From Hoeflea sp. (GTDB lineage: Bacteria > Pseudomonadota > Alphaproteobacteria > Rhizobiales > Rhizobiaceae): a stretch of 64,000 nt of DNA. How positions within the stretch are numbered: position 1 is the stretch's first letter; every line of letters begins with the position of its first letter. Positions 62,808-64,000 of the stretch are shown one piece after another. The notes below the pieces were generated by a model. That model did not search any database, had not been told where the DNA came from, and saw nothing but the letters and a program-made list of their open reading frames with translations. The stretch lies in assembly GCF_965230055.1 (NCBI RefSeq), contig NZ_OZ245939.1, one strand, 5' to 3'. Both the position numbers and the translations under genes were made by a program.

Positions 62808-62954
62808 ATGGTGAAGACTGTTGTAACCGCCTTTGCTTTTGCGGTCGTTGTAATCCTGTCCGCTTCGGCATTTGCACCGCGCAGCGTGGCGGATTCCAAG
62901 GGATGCGCGCCTGCCTACGGGGTCGACCCCTGCTCGGTTCAGCCAGGCAACTGA
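62808..62954 (+). CDS. Small (48 aa) predicted secreted peptide with a C-x8-C motif
   Basis: Manual translation MVKTVVTAFAFAVVVILSASAFAPRSVADSKGCAPAYGVDPCSVQPGN*; clear signal-peptide n/h/c regions; below the ORF-track cutoff. Confidence 0.7.
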   Translation: MVKTVVTAFAFAVVVILSASAFAPRSVADSKGCAPAYGVDPCSVQPGN

Positions 62955-63066
62955 ACCTTCTCACCGGAAAATCTCATACCCGCGGCGCGGACACCGTTCC
63001 GGTCTTTCGCATTCGTGAGAACGGCATGTCGAAGCGACGGGCCCCGTCCTGAAGGTGCCTGCTGAA

Positions 63067-63870
63067 CTAAAGCACCCAGAGTCCGACAAGGCCGAGCGCT
63101 CCGACGAGGATGCGCCACCAGGCAAAGGGTGCGAATCCGTGCCGTGAGACAAAGTCCAGAAGACTCCGAACGACAATCACGCCCGCGATAAACGCCAGGA
63201 TGAAGCCCACCACGATGGCGGTCACGTCATCGGAGCCGAGCTTGTCGTAGTTCTTGTAAAGATCGTAGGCGAAGGCGCCGGCCATCGTCGGCATGGCAAG
63301 AAAGAAGGAGAACTCGGCGGCCGATCGCTTGTCCGCGCCAAGCAGCAGCGCGCCCACGATGGTTGCGCCCGAGCGCGATGTTCCGGGAATCATCGCAAGG
63401 CACTGGAACAGGCCGATCTTGAAGGCAAGTGACAGCGGATAGTCCATCACGTTGTCGTATTTCGGCCTGAGCGGCATCCGGTCGATTACCAGGAGCACGA
63501 TCCCGCCAACGATGAGAACGACGCATATCAGGGTGGTGGACTCGAACAGAACCGTCTTGATGAAGCCGTGCGCCATCACGCCGATCACCGCGGCAGGCAG
63601 GAAGGCCAGCAGGATCGCACCGACGAATCTGCGCGCGACGGCACTGCTGGGAAGATCCATTGCAAGCTTCCAGAGCCGGCCGAAATAGACCGACAGAATG
63701 GCAAGGATCGCGCCGAGCTGGATCAGCACCTCGAAACTGTTGCCGGGCGAGTTGAAACCCAGAAAGTGTCCGGCAAGCAGGAGATGCGCCGTCGACGATA
63801 CCGGGACGAACTCGGTCAATCCCTCCAGCAGCCCAAGCAGTGCCGCACCCACAAGTGTCGTCTCGTTCAT
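63067..63870 (-). CDS. uppP: Undecaprenyl-diphosphate phosphatase (BacA/UppP)
   Basis: [44 protein letters not shown]. Confidence 0.97.
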   Translation of the reverse strand: MNETTLVGAALLGLLEGLTEFVPVSSTAHLLLAGHFLGFNSPGNSFEVLIQLGAILAILSVYFGRLWKLAMDLPSSAVARRFVGAILLAFLPAAVIGVMAHGFIKTVLFESTTLICVVLIVGGIVLLVIDRMPLRPKYDNVMDYPLSLAFKIGLFQCLAMIPGTSRSGATIVGALLLGADKRSAAEFSFFLAMPTMAGAFAYDLYKNYDKLGSDDVTAIVVGFILAFIAGVIVVRSLLDFVSRHGFAPFAWWRILVGALGLVGLWVL

Positions 63871-63966
63871 TCAGGTGCGCCTTTGTTTTGCCTGCAAGCT
63901 GGGTTATGGGTTGCGAATGTCCGTATCGGCAGAAAATCACATGGTCGGCTGGCGAACCGTGATTCG

Positions 63967-63995
63967 CTTGTCTTGGCGGAGCCCAATCCCTATAG
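63967..63995 (+). promoter_or_regulatory. Candidate RpoH/sigma70-type promoter for a gene beyond the window end
   Basis: CTTG-N18-CCTATAG, divergent from uppP. Confidence 0.4.
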
Positions 63996-64000
63996 CTCTA

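Noticed and set aside
62636-63052. 138-aa (+) and 84-aa (-) ORFs overlapping the small peptide gene
   Set aside because: Unremarkable composition; the 48-aa frame at 62808 has a far more coherent signal-peptide architecture

Overview
GC-rich core chromosome of an alphaproteobacterium. Gene order and protein sequences fit Hyphomicrobiales (Rhizobiaceae/Phyllobacteriaceae-like). Conserved blocks: amgK-like/murU/addB/addA/trxA; trpF-trpB-trpA-accD-folC; phaZ; gyrB; glcB; hrpB-actS-actR-mmcB; a ynjBCD-like ABC transporter; polA; dnaK/dnaJ-pmtA; pyrF; uppP. A taurine catabolic cluster (xsc, tauR, tpa, tauABC) lies at 18-26.4 kb. I found no rRNA, tRNA, CRISPR array, transposase or integrase. Most notable observations: (1) TauC carries a circularly permuted cadherin/Ig-like module in a predicted periplasmic loop; (2) a lower-GC orphan gene built from two tandem copies of an unrecognised beta-rich domain, divergent from a cytochrome P450; (3) a 48-aa predicted secreted C-x8-C peptide missed by the ORF track, downstream of a CtrA-like box; (4) a three-hairpin sRNA with C-rich loops next to polA (alpha-r7-like); (5) candidate TauR, CtrA and PhaR operators; (6) an acyltransferase separating dnaK from dnaJ; (7) a TauE-family gene that probably starts at CTG. 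All family assignments come from motif recognition, not database searches.
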